Shown in pieces: positions 1 to 8,350 of a stretch of DNA of 32,000 nucleotides. The notes under the pieces were generated by a model. That model was not told the origin of the DNA. It did not search any database and saw only the letters and a program-made list of their open reading frames with translations. A program made the translations under genes and the position numbers. The stretch comes from Horticoccus luteus (lineage in GTDB: Bacteria > Verrucomicrobiota > Verrucomicrobiia > Opitutales > Opitutaceae). Positions within the stretch are counted from its first letter, which is position 1, and every line of letters begins with the position of its first letter. Where the stretch lies: the NCBI RefSeq assembly GCF_019464535.1, contig NZ_CP080507.1:2700001-2732000 (forward strand), written 5' to 3'.

Positions 1-109
1 AGCATGTAAACACCACGCGGTTGACATAGCGGTTGGGATTTCCCCAAAGGATCAAACCGCCCACGACGGCGACGATCACCGACGCACAAAATGCGGTCGT
101 GATTAACAT
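1..109 (-). CDS. partial CDS: N-terminus of a membrane protein that runs off the left edge
   Basis: ATG at 109..107 on the minus strand overlaps the TAA stop (105..103) of the upstream KAS-like gene (ATGTTAA), suggesting translational coupling. Hand translation gives MLITTAFCASVIVAVVGGLILWGNPNRYVNRVVFTC with no stop up to position 1 and a hydrophobic helix at the start. It is absent from the ORF track, presumably because it is truncated and short. Confidence 0.3.
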   Translation of the reverse strand, partial: MLITTAFCASVIVAVVGGLILWGNPNRYVNRVVFTC

Positions 110-1311
110 CGGCGAAGAGCCAGACTCGAATTCACCCCTCCCAATCCGTGCGAGTTGATCAACGAAAAGTCATGCGGCACGTATCGCACTTGGTTGCTGA
201 CGTTCAACGGACACGCCGGATCCGGATGCGACCAATTGGCCGTGGGCGGAATCGTCCCCGTGCTCAAACCCAAGGCCGCCGCCGCCGTTTGCATCGCGGG
301 CGCTGCTCCCAATGGGCTGCCCACGGCTCCCTTGATCGACGCTGCCGGAATTTCCGCCAGGCGCGCACCGAACAAGCTGATCATCGCCCGCGCTTCGCCC
401 GCATCCACCAATTTGTGTCCCGGCCCCCAGGCGGCGATAGAATCCACTTCGCCTAAACGAATCCGCGCTTCAGCGAGCGACAGCCTTGCAGCGTCCGCCA
501 TGCCCCCACAGAGATCGCCCCGCCGGTCGTTGGCAAAGGCGTAGCCTCCCACTTCGCAGTATCCCTTCCGGGGACTTTCTTCCGGTTCCAAGACAAACAT
601 GCACGCGCCTTCTCCGACCACTCCGGTCGTTCGCCAAAGGTCGAACGGACGTGCCATCCGTTCCGCCATTTCGGTCGTGGGAGGTGTCAATTCCGCCGCC
701 CGTAATTCAAGGAGCGGAAATTGACTCAAAGGCGCCTCCGATCCTCCGCAGAGCGCAAACTCAACCTCGCCATTCGCCACCAGGTGCGCCGCATGGCCTA
801 TCGCATCCAATCCGGAACTGCATTGCGTGGACACCGCCATCAGTCGCGCATCGAGTCCCAAGGCTTGGTTCACCCCAATCGTCACCCCCGACACTCCCAT
901 GGTATAAATCACCCGTGGCGAAGCCGCGCGATCTCCTCGCTGGCGGACGCTCTCTTCTGCGTCGGCCACCCCGGCGAAGTCCATCATGCACGTCCCGGTG
1001 ACAATTGCGGTCGAACCCGCCCGCAGCTGTTCCAACGAAATACCCGCATCGTTCAGCGCCAGCGCCGCACCGGCGATCGCAAACAACGTATGCCGCGCCG
1101 CTCCCTTCGGCACCAACGTCCGATCCCAATAATTACGGATATCAAACGCGTCGAGATACGCGGCTATGATCGGCCCGAACTTGGGGTCCAGCGCAGTATA
1201 CGGCCGCACCCGGCTCACCGGCTCCAATATCCCCCGCCAGAACGCCTCGCGGCCGATCCCCGCTGGCGTGACTGGTCCGATCCCCGTGATTTTGACGCGA
1301 CGACGCTTCAT
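103..1311 (-). CDS. beta-ketoacyl-ACP synthase (KAS I/II, FabF-like) family protein with atypical catalytic residues
   Basis: ORF 103..1341 opens with GTG. The first ATG (1311) gives MKRRRVKITGIGPVTP, a canonical KAS N-terminus (compare FabF MSKRRVVVTGLG). Active-site Cys context VSTQCSSGLDAIGHAA, RPFD..GVVGEGACMFVLE, and C-terminal NSHGLGGVNSSLAL (compare NSFGFGGTNGSLIF). Confidence 0.85.
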   Translation of the reverse strand: MKRRRVKITGIGPVTPAGIGREAFWRGILEPVSRVRPYTALDPKFGPIIAAYLDAFDIRNYWDRTLVPKGAARHTLFAIAGAALALNDAGISLEQLRAGSTAIVTGTCMMDFAGVADAEESVRQRGDRAASPRVIYTMGVSGVTIGVNQALGLDARLMAVSTQCSSGLDAIGHAAHLVANGEVEFALCGGSEAPLSQFPLLELRAAELTPPTTEMAERMARPFDLWRTTGVVGEGACMFVLEPEESPRKGYCEVGGYAFANDRRGDLCGGMADAARLSLAEARIRLGEVDSIAAWGPGHKLVDAGEARAMISLFGARLAEIPAASIKGAVGSPLGAAPAMQTAAAALGLSTGTIPPTANWSHPDPACPLNVSNQVRYVPHDFSLINSHGLGGVNSSLALRRC

Positions 1312-1342
1312 AGCCGCGCCGTTCTCTTGCTCCTCGCGCACC

Positions 1343-2506
1343 TCATTCGCGGTGGAGCACCGGGAAGCTGATCCGCACCGTGGTGCCAGCCCCCGGTCGC
1401 GAGGTCAGTTGGAATTCGGCGCCGTGCGCCCCCAGCAGATGCCGGCAGATGCCCAGCCCCAAACCCGTGCCGTTGTCTTTCGTGCTGAACCCACCCCGCA
1501 AGGCCCGCGCCACGCTCTTTTCATCCATGCCGGCCCCGTTGTCGACAATCGCCATTTCCACGCGGCCACCCGCCGTTTTCACGGTGGCGTTGATCGTCGT
1601 GGCCCCCGCATCGAGGGAGTTCTGAAAAAGATTCTGCAACACGCGCACGACATCATAACGCGAGCCGCGCACCCACGCCTCGGCGTCCGCTTCGATCTTG
1701 ATCGCGACGCTGCTGAAAAACACCACATGGCGCACTTCATGCGTGAGCTGCACCAAGTCGAGGGGCGCAAACTCCGCCAGGTTCTTCGAGGCCCGCCGCC
1801 AGTTCTCCGACAAATGCCGGCAATACTCCGCCGCTTTCTCCACCACGTGCGCGTATTCCCGCAGCCGCTGGCCGCTTTCCTGATTCGTCTGACTGATCGC
1901 AACCGCCTCCTCGGCCATCAGGCTCGAATACCCGATCACCACCGTCAGCGGATTGTTCAGATCGTGCACCAACTCCACCGCTGCGCGCGATTGCCAGATT
2001 TGCGGCTCGTTTTGCTCGATCTCGCGCTTCAACGCCCGGTTCAGCTCCTGCGCCTCCCGGTTCAACTTCGTTTGCTGCCGCCGCAACCGCGTTTGCGCCG
2101 TCTGCCGCCGCACCGCCTCGCGCAGTTCGCTCACATCCGGCGGCTTCCGCAGATATTGATTCGCTCCGCCCACCATCGCCTGCTGCGCCGTGTGCAGCGT
2201 GCCGTAGCCCGTCAACATGATCACTGCCACGTCCGCATCGATCTTGCGCAATTCCTCCAGCGCCCGGATGCCGTCCATCTCCGGCATCCGGATGTCCATC
2301 ACGATCGCGGCATAGGCTTTGGCCTTGATCTTTCCCAACGCCTCCGCCGCCCTCTCGGCCGTGTCCACGTCGAACTCCCCCGAGAGCGTAAACGCGACCG
2401 ACTCCCGCGGCCCGTATTCGTCATCCACTACGAGCACTGCAGGCTTGGGACCTACGCTGGGGGAAGCGGGTTCAGGGGCCATTCCGGAGATAACAGTTCC
2501 AAACAT
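1343..2506 (-). CDS. hybrid two-component protein: N-terminal receiver (REC) + HisKA + HATPase_c histidine kinase, no TM sensor
   Basis: REC motifs VLVVDDE ... IVMDIRMPEMDG ... VIMLTGYG. A coiled-coil linker is followed by the H-box HDLNNPLTVVIGYSSL, N-box NLFQNSLDAG, and G-boxes VDNGAGMD and GTGLGLGICR. The ORF opens at GTG 2515, with in-frame ATGs at 2506 and 2482. The stop lies 31 nt upstream of the KAS-like ATG. Confidence 0.9.
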   Translation of the reverse strand: MFGTVISGMAPEPASPSVGPKPAVLVVDDEYGPRESVAFTLSGEFDVDTAERAAEALGKIKAKAYAAIVMDIRMPEMDGIRALEELRKIDADVAVIMLTGYGTLHTAQQAMVGGANQYLRKPPDVSELREAVRRQTAQTRLRRQQTKLNREAQELNRALKREIEQNEPQIWQSRAAVELVHDLNNPLTVVIGYSSLMAEEAVAISQTNQESGQRLREYAHVVEKAAEYCRHLSENWRRASKNLAEFAPLDLVQLTHEVRHVVFFSSVAIKIEADAEAWVRGSRYDVVRVLQNLFQNSLDAGATTINATVKTAGGRVEMAIVDNGAGMDEKSVARALRGGFSTKDNGTGLGLGICRHLLGAHGAEFQLTSRPGAGTTVRISFPVLHRE

Positions 2507-2615
2507 CGGAGACACAACGCAGCACGATTAGCCAAGTCTTTGCGCACCGCGTTTTGCCGTGTCAAGAAACGCATCTGGTATTGATTTGCGATTCCACACC
2601 TTCGACATCTTTAGC

Positions 2616-3896
2616 ATGCTTTTTACAACCGCCCTTCTCGCCGCTTTCGCTGGAGGGTTGCTCACGTATTTGTTCCTGCGCAGCCGTCACGCCGTCGTGG
2701 CGGAACGCCTGCGCGCCCGCGATCTCGAGGTCGCCCAACTCACCCAACAGGCCGACAGCACGCGCGCCGAACTTTCCCACCTCGCCACACTACACGCCGC
2801 TGCCGCCGCCCAACTCACCGCCGAGCGCGCCGCCCACGAGCGATTAACCACCGAGTTCAAAGCCCTTTCCGCCGACGCCCTGCGCGTCAACCGCACCGAT
2901 TTCCTCGATCAGGCGAAGCAGGCCTTCGCGCAACTCCATCAGCAATCCACCGGCGAACTCGACAAACGCCAGCAAGCGATCGACGCCCTCGTCAAGCCGC
3001 TCAAGGAGTCGCTCGACAAGGTCGACCACAAGATCGCCGAAATCGAAAAGACCCGCGCCTCCGCCTACGGCGCCCTCACCGAACAACTCAAGTCCCTCAA
3101 CACCGCGCAAGTGCTCTTGCAGACCGAAGCCTCGCGCCTTTCCACCGCGCTGCGTTCCACGTCTTACGTCGGCAGTTGGGGCGAGTTGCAACTTCGCCGC
3201 GTCGTCGAGATGGCCGACATGCTCAACTACTGCGACTTCTCCGAACAGGAAGCCTCCGGCGCCCTCCGCGCCGATCTCGTCGTGCGTCTCCCCGGCGGAA
3301 ATCGCATCGTGGTCGATGCCAAAGCTCCCCTCGAATCCTACCGCGCCGCCATCGAAGCCACCGATGAGACCGCCCGCGGCTCCCGCCTCGCCGAACACGC
3401 CGCCAAAGTCCGCGGCCACATCGATTCCCTCGGCGCGAAAAACTATTGGGAGCAGTTTCAACCCGCCCCCGAATTCGTCGTCCTCTTTCTCCCCGGCGAT
3501 CACTTCCTCACTGCCGCGCTCCAGACCGACCGCACCCTCATGGATCGCGCCCTCACGCGCCGCGTCCTCCTCGCCACCCCGACCACTCTGATCGCCCTGC
3601 TTAAAGCCGCCGCGTATGGCTGGCGCCAGGAAGCGATTTCGAAAAACGCCGACGAAATCAGCGCCCTCGGCCGCCAGCTCTACGACCGCGTCGCCACCTT
3701 CGCCGACAATCTCGACAAAGTCGGCCGCGGCCTCGACACCGCCATCAAAGGCTACAACGCCGCCGTCGGCTCCTTCGAGCAAACGCTCCTCCCCGGCGCC
3801 CGCAAATTCGCCGAACTCGGGGCGCGCGGCGCGAAAGAGTTGTCCCCCGCCGCGCCCGTCGAAACCGCCGTCCGCGACGTCGTGAAAAAAGGCTGA
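2616..3896 (+). CDS. rmuC: DNA recombination protein RmuC
   Basis: N-terminal TM helix MLFTTALLAAFAGGLLTYLFL and a long coiled coil. The RmuC nuclease-like core follows: WGELQLRRVVEMADMLNYCDFSEQ, DLVVRLPGGNRIVVDAKAPLESY, EFVVLFLPGDHF. The ORF opens at GTG 2559; ATG 2616 puts the TM helix at the N-terminus as is usual for RmuC. Confidence 0.85.
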   Translation: MLFTTALLAAFAGGLLTYLFLRSRHAVVAERLRARDLEVAQLTQQADSTRAELSHLATLHAAAAAQLTAERAAHERLTTEFKALSADALRVNRTDFLDQAKQAFAQLHQQSTGELDKRQQAIDALVKPLKESLDKVDHKIAEIEKTRASAYGALTEQLKSLNTAQVLLQTEASRLSTALRSTSYVGSWGELQLRRVVEMADMLNYCDFSEQEASGALRADLVVRLPGGNRIVVDAKAPLESYRAAIEATDETARGSRLAEHAAKVRGHIDSLGAKNYWEQFQPAPEFVVLFLPGDHFLTAALQTDRTLMDRALTRRVLLATPTTLIALLKAAAYGWRQEAISKNADEISALGRQLYDRVATFADNLDKVGRGLDTAIKGYNAAVGSFEQTLLPGARKFAELGARGAKELSPAAPVETAVRDVVKKG

Positions 3897-3906
3897 CGCT
3901 CCGTCG

Positions 3907-4725
3907 ATGCACGTCGCCGGCCTTTTCATTTATCCCGTCAAATCCCTGCGCGGCCTCGCCGTCTCCGCCGCCTCCCTCGATCGCTTCGGCCTGATCGGCG
4001 ACCGCCGCTTCCTCGTCATCGACGCACAAAACCGCTTCCTCACCCAACGCGTGCTCCCGGCGATGGCGACGATTGAAACCGCGCTCACCGCCACCGCGCT
4101 CATTCTCCGCGCCCCGCATGGCGGCAGTTGCGCCGTTCCGCTGCAGGATAACAACGCACCTCTCGTTCGCACGACGATCTGGCGCGACACGGTCGACGCC
4201 GAAGACTGCGGCACGGAAGTCGCCGTCTGGCTTTCTCACGTGCTGCGTCAGCCTTGCCGGCTCGTCCGCCTCGGCACCGCCTATCATCGCTCCGTCAAAC
4301 CTTCCCGCGCGCAACCGGGCGACGTCGTCACCTTCGCCGACGCGTTTCCACTCCTCGCCGTCAGCGAAGCCTCCCTCGCCCATCTCAACGACCGCTTGAT
4401 CGCCCGCGGCGAGTCGCCGGTGCCGATGAATCGCTTTCGCCCCAGCCTCGTCCTCGCCGGCTGCGATGCGCACGCCGAAGACCGCGCCGCGCACTGGCGC
4501 ATCGGCGACGTCGCGCTCCGCGCCGGCGGCCCCTGCGACCGTTGTCCCATCACCACCACGGATCAGCTCACCGGCGAGCGGCACCACCACGAACCGTTGC
4601 GCACGCTCGCCACCTATCGCCGCGATCCCGCCGAACCGACCAACGTCAACTTCGGCCAGAACCTCGTGCACGAAACGAAGTCCGGCACCCTGCACGTCGG
4701 CGACGCGGTGACGTTTGGCGCCTGA
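3907..4725 (+). CDS. MOSC domain-containing protein (YcbX-like: MOSC N-terminal beta-barrel + MOSC domain)
   Basis: MHVAGLFIYPVKSLRG start typical of MOSC_N. FADAFPLLAVSEASL, RFRPSLVL, and the conserved Cys context GPCDRCPITTTD. It starts 10 nt after the rmuC stop, so it is probably co-transcribed. Confidence 0.85.
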   Translation: MHVAGLFIYPVKSLRGLAVSAASLDRFGLIGDRRFLVIDAQNRFLTQRVLPAMATIETALTATALILRAPHGGSCAVPLQDNNAPLVRTTIWRDTVDAEDCGTEVAVWLSHVLRQPCRLVRLGTAYHRSVKPSRAQPGDVVTFADAFPLLAVSEASLAHLNDRLIARGESPVPMNRFRPSLVLAGCDAHAEDRAAHWRIGDVALRAGGPCDRCPITTTDQLTGERHHHEPLRTLATYRRDPAEPTNVNFGQNLVHETKSGTLHVGDAVTFGA

Positions 4726-4729
4726 CGCG

Positions 4730-5152
4730 TCACTCGTCGGCCACGCGCCCGCGCTGCGTCTTCTGCTTCGTGCGCCGTCGCTTCGTTTCCACCATCCGCG
4801 CCTTTTGCGCGCGCGATTTCTGCCGCGTCCGCCGCCGCGCCTGCTCCCGCACCTGACGCTTCTCCGCCCGCACTGCGTCCGCCGCGCCTGCGATGCGGCC
4901 CGCCAGCTCCAACCACGCCAGCGCCCGGTTGCGCGCCTGCGATCGCTCCCGCTGGCAACGCACCTCGATGCCCGTCGGCCCGTGCCGCAGCCACACCGTC
5001 GACGAAGTCTTGTTGATCTTCTGCCCGCCCGGCCCCGCCCCGCGCACAAAACGTTCCTCCACGTCGGCCGCCCGCACTCCGGCCGCCTGCAATTGAGCCG
5101 CCACCGCATCGTCGAGAAAGGCAAATTCGCCGGTCACAACTTCTTGAAACAA
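4730..5152 (-). CDS. arfB: ArfB/YaeJ-like peptidyl-tRNA hydrolase (RF-1 domain, GGQ motif, basic C-terminal tail)
   Basis: 140 aa. GAGPGGQKINKTSSTVWLRH carries the GGQ motif, followed by ERSQARNRALA and a Lys/Arg-rich tail (RRRTRQKSRAQKARMVETKRRRTKQKTQRG). There is no in-frame ATG near the 5' end; the ORF opens with TTG at 5152 and a GTG lies at 5137, so the exact start is uncertain. Confidence 0.7.
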   Translation of the reverse strand: MFQEVVTGEFAFLDDAVAAQLQAAGVRAADVEERFVRGAGPGGQKINKTSSTVWLRHGPTGIEVRCQRERSQARNRALAWLELAGRIAGAADAVRAEKRQVREQARRRTRQKSRAQKARMVETKRRRTKQKTQRGRVADE

Positions 5153-5230
5153 CCCATTGCTCTTTCAGTCAAACCGAGCCCAAAACTTTCCCTCGTCAGC
5201 GCCATCCTCGCTCCTTTCACTTTCACCCTC

Positions 5231-6196
5231 ATGCCCACCGGTCCCGTCTGGTCCCAGAAACTTCGCGCCGAAATCGGCAAAGCCGTCATCGGTCAGGATG
5301 CCGTCATCGAGCGCCTGCTCGTCGCTCTGCTCGCCAACGGCCACGTGCTGCTCGAAGGCATGCCCGGCCTCGCCAAGACACTCCTCATCCGCTCCGTCGG
5401 CACCGCCCTCGGCGTCGATTTCGAACGCATCCAGTTCACGCCCGACCTGCTCCCGAGCGACGTCGTCGGCACGATGATTTTCCAACCCAAAAACGGCGAA
5501 TTCTCCCCGCACCGCGGCCCCATTTTCGCCAACCTCGTGCTCGCCGACGAAATCAACCGCGCCCCCGCCAAAGTCCAAAGCGCCCTGCTCGAGGCCATGC
5601 AGGAACGCCAGGTCACCATCGGCGGCGCCACGCATCCGCTGCCGAAGCCGTTTTTCGTGATGGCCACGCAAAACCCCGTCGAACAGGAGGGCACCTATCC
5701 GCTCCCCGAGGCGCAGACCGACCGCTTCCTCTTCAAACTCCTCGTCGATTATCCGTCCGCGGAGGAAGAATCCACGATGATGCAACGCTGGGGCCAGGTC
5801 ACCCATCAGCCCGAACTCGCCGCCGTCTCCAGCGGCGCCGAACTGCTCGCGCTGCGCACCGAGGTCGATCGCGTGCACGTCGCCCCCGCGCTTCAAGCCT
5901 ACATCCTTGCACTCGTCCGCGGCACGCGCGCGCTCGCCGAATCTTCCGCCGGCAGTCCGAAACGCTATCTCACGTTCGGCGCCTCGCCGCGCGCCTCGCT
6001 CGCGCTTTATCAAGCCGGCCGCGCCCTCGCGTGGCTCCGCGGCGAAGACTTCGTCTCGCCCGCTCACATCCAGGACCTCGCGCCGGATGTGCTCCGCCAC
6101 CGCATCGGCCTCACCTACGAAGCGGAAGCCGAGGAAGTCACCGCCGACAAACTCGTCGCGCAAGTCATCGCGCAAATCCCCGTTCCCGCGAAGTAA
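5231..6196 (+). CDS. moxR: MoxR-family AAA+ ATPase
   Basis: ATG 5231 gives MPTGPVWSQKLRAEIGKAVIGQDAVIERLLVALLANGHVLLEGMPGLAKT (Walker A). LADEINRAPAKVQSALLEAMQERQVTIGG is Walker B/sensor, followed by FFVMATQNPVEQEGTYPLPEAQTDRF. The upstream part of track ORF 4715.. is Arg/Pro-rich junk overlapping arfB. Confidence 0.9.
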   Translation: MPTGPVWSQKLRAEIGKAVIGQDAVIERLLVALLANGHVLLEGMPGLAKTLLIRSVGTALGVDFERIQFTPDLLPSDVVGTMIFQPKNGEFSPHRGPIFANLVLADEINRAPAKVQSALLEAMQERQVTIGGATHPLPKPFFVMATQNPVEQEGTYPLPEAQTDRFLFKLLVDYPSAEEESTMMQRWGQVTHQPELAAVSSGAELLALRTEVDRVHVAPALQAYILALVRGTRALAESSAGSPKRYLTFGASPRASLALYQAGRALAWLRGEDFVSPAHIQDLAPDVLRHRIGLTYEAEAEEVTADKLVAQVIAQIPVPAK

Positions 6197-6352
6197 CGCG
6201 ACCGCCGCGCGCGCCACCCCCAGCGTTTCCTTCTCGCCTCGTGATGTTCGTCCTCCCGATTTCCCCATCGCATGCGCGGCCGGCTCACGAGCCGCCCGCG
6301 CGTCGCTCGCGTTTCTCTGCCGCGCGCCGCCCGGGGATTGGAGCTTAACGGC

Positions 6353-7270
6353 ATGGCCGCTCCCGCCCCTTCCGCGTCGCCCGCCCCCGCCTCGCCGCTC
6401 GCGTTGCTGCGCCAGCTCGAATGGCGTGTGCGACACGCGGTGGAAAACGTCCTGAGCGGCGAATACCGCTCCACGTTTCGCGGCCGCGGCATGGAGTTCG
6501 ATCAAGTCGTCAAATATGAGTTCGGCGACGACGTGCGCGATCTCGATTGGAACGTCACCGCGCGCCTCGGCGAACCTTACCGCAAGAAATTCGTCGAGGA
6601 GCGCGAGGTCACGCTGCTCGTCGTTTTCGCCGACACGCCATCCCTGCAATTCGGCTCGGCCGACATCTCCAAACGCGAGGCGCTCCTCGAACTCGCCGGC
6701 TTCGTCATGCTGCTTGGCGCCGTCAACCGCGACCGCGTCGGCTTCGTGCACGCTTCGCCCACCGGCCACACGTTTCGCGCCCCGGTGCGCGGACGCGGCG
6801 CCATTCTTCACGCCGCCGCGTCGCTGCTTGCCATTCCGCCGCCTTCCGTCCGCGCGACCGGCCCCGCCGACGCTCAACTCCCGTGGCGGCTCCTCGCGCG
6901 CGCTGCGCCGAAACACAGCGTGCTCCTCTGGCTCGGCGATTTTCCGCCGCAAGCCGTCCCCGAGGGCTGGCCGGTTCTGCAGCGCCGCTACCAAACGATG
7001 GGTTTCCGCGTCGACGATCCGTGGGAACGCGCCCTGCCGACGCGCGGGCTCTTCGCCGCTTACGATCCCGCCGCCAGCCGCCTCGTCACGCTCGAAAATT
7101 CCGCCGCCGAACGCGCCGCGCACGCCGCATGGCGCGCCGCCCGCGACCGGAGCTGGCACGCGCTCTTCCCCGATCCCCTCAGCCGCCTGGTCGTCGCCAC
7201 CGACGAAAATCGCCTCGATGCCCTCGTGCGGTTTTTCAACGCGCGCATGCGCGCCGGCTCCCGCCGATGA
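6353..7270 (+). CDS. DUF58 domain protein (MoxR-associated, vWA-like fold)
   Basis: GEYRSTFRGRGMEFDQVVKYEFGDDVRDLDWNVTARLGEPYRKKFVEEREVTLLVV is the DUF58 signature. Candidate ATGs are at 6353 (preferred) and 6272. The stop overlaps the BatA start (ATGA at 7267..7270). Confidence 0.85.
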   Translation: MAAPAPSASPAPASPLALLRQLEWRVRHAVENVLSGEYRSTFRGRGMEFDQVVKYEFGDDVRDLDWNVTARLGEPYRKKFVEEREVTLLVVFADTPSLQFGSADISKREALLELAGFVMLLGAVNRDRVGFVHASPTGHTFRAPVRGRGAILHAAASLLAIPPPSVRATGPADAQLPWRLLARAAPKHSVLLWLGDFPPQAVPEGWPVLQRRYQTMGFRVDDPWERALPTRGLFAAYDPAASRLVTLENSAAERAAHAAWRAARDRSWHALFPDPLSRLVVATDENRLDALVRFFNARMRAGSRR

Positions 7271-8289
7271 AGCCGTTCATGTTTCACGATCCGCTCTGGC
7301 TGCTCCTCCTCGTGGTCGCGTTGCCCGCCGTCCTTTGGCTGCGCGGCCGCCGTCACGTGCCCGTTTTGATCGTCCCCTTCGCCGCCGCCTGGCACCGTCC
7401 GTCGCTCACGTCGGTCTCACGCTGGCCCGCGGCGCTCGCGATCCTCGGCCTCGTTCTCCTCGCCATCGCGCTCGCACGTCCCCAACGCGTCGAAGACAAA
7501 CGCGAGGTGCACACGCAGGGCTACGACCTCGTGCTCGCGATCGATCTCTCCGGCTCGATGCTCGCCGAGGATTATTCGCGGCTCGGTCAGGCGGTGAACC
7601 GCTTGCAGGCGATCAAGCCCGTCATCCAGGCGTTCATCCACGACCGTCCCAGCGATCGCATCGGCATCGTCGTGTTCGCCGGTCGCGCCTACACGATGGC
7701 GCCGCTCACGTTCGATCACGATTGGCTCGAGCGTCAGGTCGATCGGCTCAAGATCGGCCTCATCGAAGACGGCACCGCGATCGGCGACGGCCTTGGCGTC
7801 GCGTTGACCCGCCTCGAGCAGGCCAAACGCGAAACGGCCGGCAAACGCCAAGGCGCGTTCATCATCCTCCTCACCGACGGCTCCAACAACCGCGGCGCAC
7901 TCTCGCCGATGCAGGCCGCCGACCTCGCCGCCTCGCGCGACATTCCCGTTTACACCATCGGCGCCGGACGCGATGGCATCGTGCCCTACCCCGTGCTCGA
8001 CGATCAAGGCCGCCGCATCGGCACGCGCCGGATGGTTTCTGATCTCGACGAAGGCACGCTCCGCGACATCGCGACGAAAACCCACGGCCGTTACTATCGC
8101 GCCGACGACAATCGCACGATCAAGTCCGCCTTTGCGGCCATCGATCAGACGCAGAAGATCGAATTCCAGGCGAAGAGTTACCTGCTGACCACCGAGCTTT
8201 TCCCGTGGCTCGCCGTCCCCGGCTGCCTCCTGCTGCTCGCCGCGGCGCTCCTGGCCCGCCCCTTGTGGCGTGCGGAGGCCCTCGTATGA
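7267..8289 (+). CDS. batA: BatA-like membrane-anchored von Willebrand factor A protein
   Basis: MKPFMFHDPLWLLLLVVALPAVLWL N-terminal TM helix and a second TM helix. vWA MIDAS VLAIDLSGSM, IVVFAGRAY, IILLTDGSNN, and a C-terminal TM helix. ATGA overlap with DUF58. Confidence 0.85.
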   Translation: MKPFMFHDPLWLLLLVVALPAVLWLRGRRHVPVLIVPFAAAWHRPSLTSVSRWPAALAILGLVLLAIALARPQRVEDKREVHTQGYDLVLAIDLSGSMLAEDYSRLGQAVNRLQAIKPVIQAFIHDRPSDRIGIVVFAGRAYTMAPLTFDHDWLERQVDRLKIGLIEDGTAIGDGLGVALTRLEQAKRETAGKRQGAFIILLTDGSNNRGALSPMQAADLAASRDIPVYTIGAGRDGIVPYPVLDDQGRRIGTRRMVSDLDEGTLRDIATKTHGRYYRADDNRTIKSAFAAIDQTQKIEFQAKSYLLTTELFPWLAVPGCLLLLAAALLARPLWRAEALV

Positions 8290-8350
8290 AAACGCCTCCG
8301 CGTGCTCCCGCCTCACCGCGGTCCTCAACGCCGTCCGCCGGCCCGTGCGC

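Noticed and set aside
1166-2584. 472-aa plus-strand ORF across the kinase gene, and many 60-250-aa Arg/Pro/Ser-rich ORFs throughout the track
   Set aside because: Off-frame or antisense read-through of GC-rich coding DNA. Composition (R, P, A, S dominated) and the lack of any motif argue against expression.
4715-5230. 5' extension of the MoxR ORF (493-aa version); likewise 6547..7266 (BatA ORF) and 8965..9402 (next ORF)
   Set aside because: The extensions are Arg/Pro-rich, overlap the real upstream genes (arfB, DUF58, batB) in other frames, and precede well-placed ATGs that give canonical N-termini.
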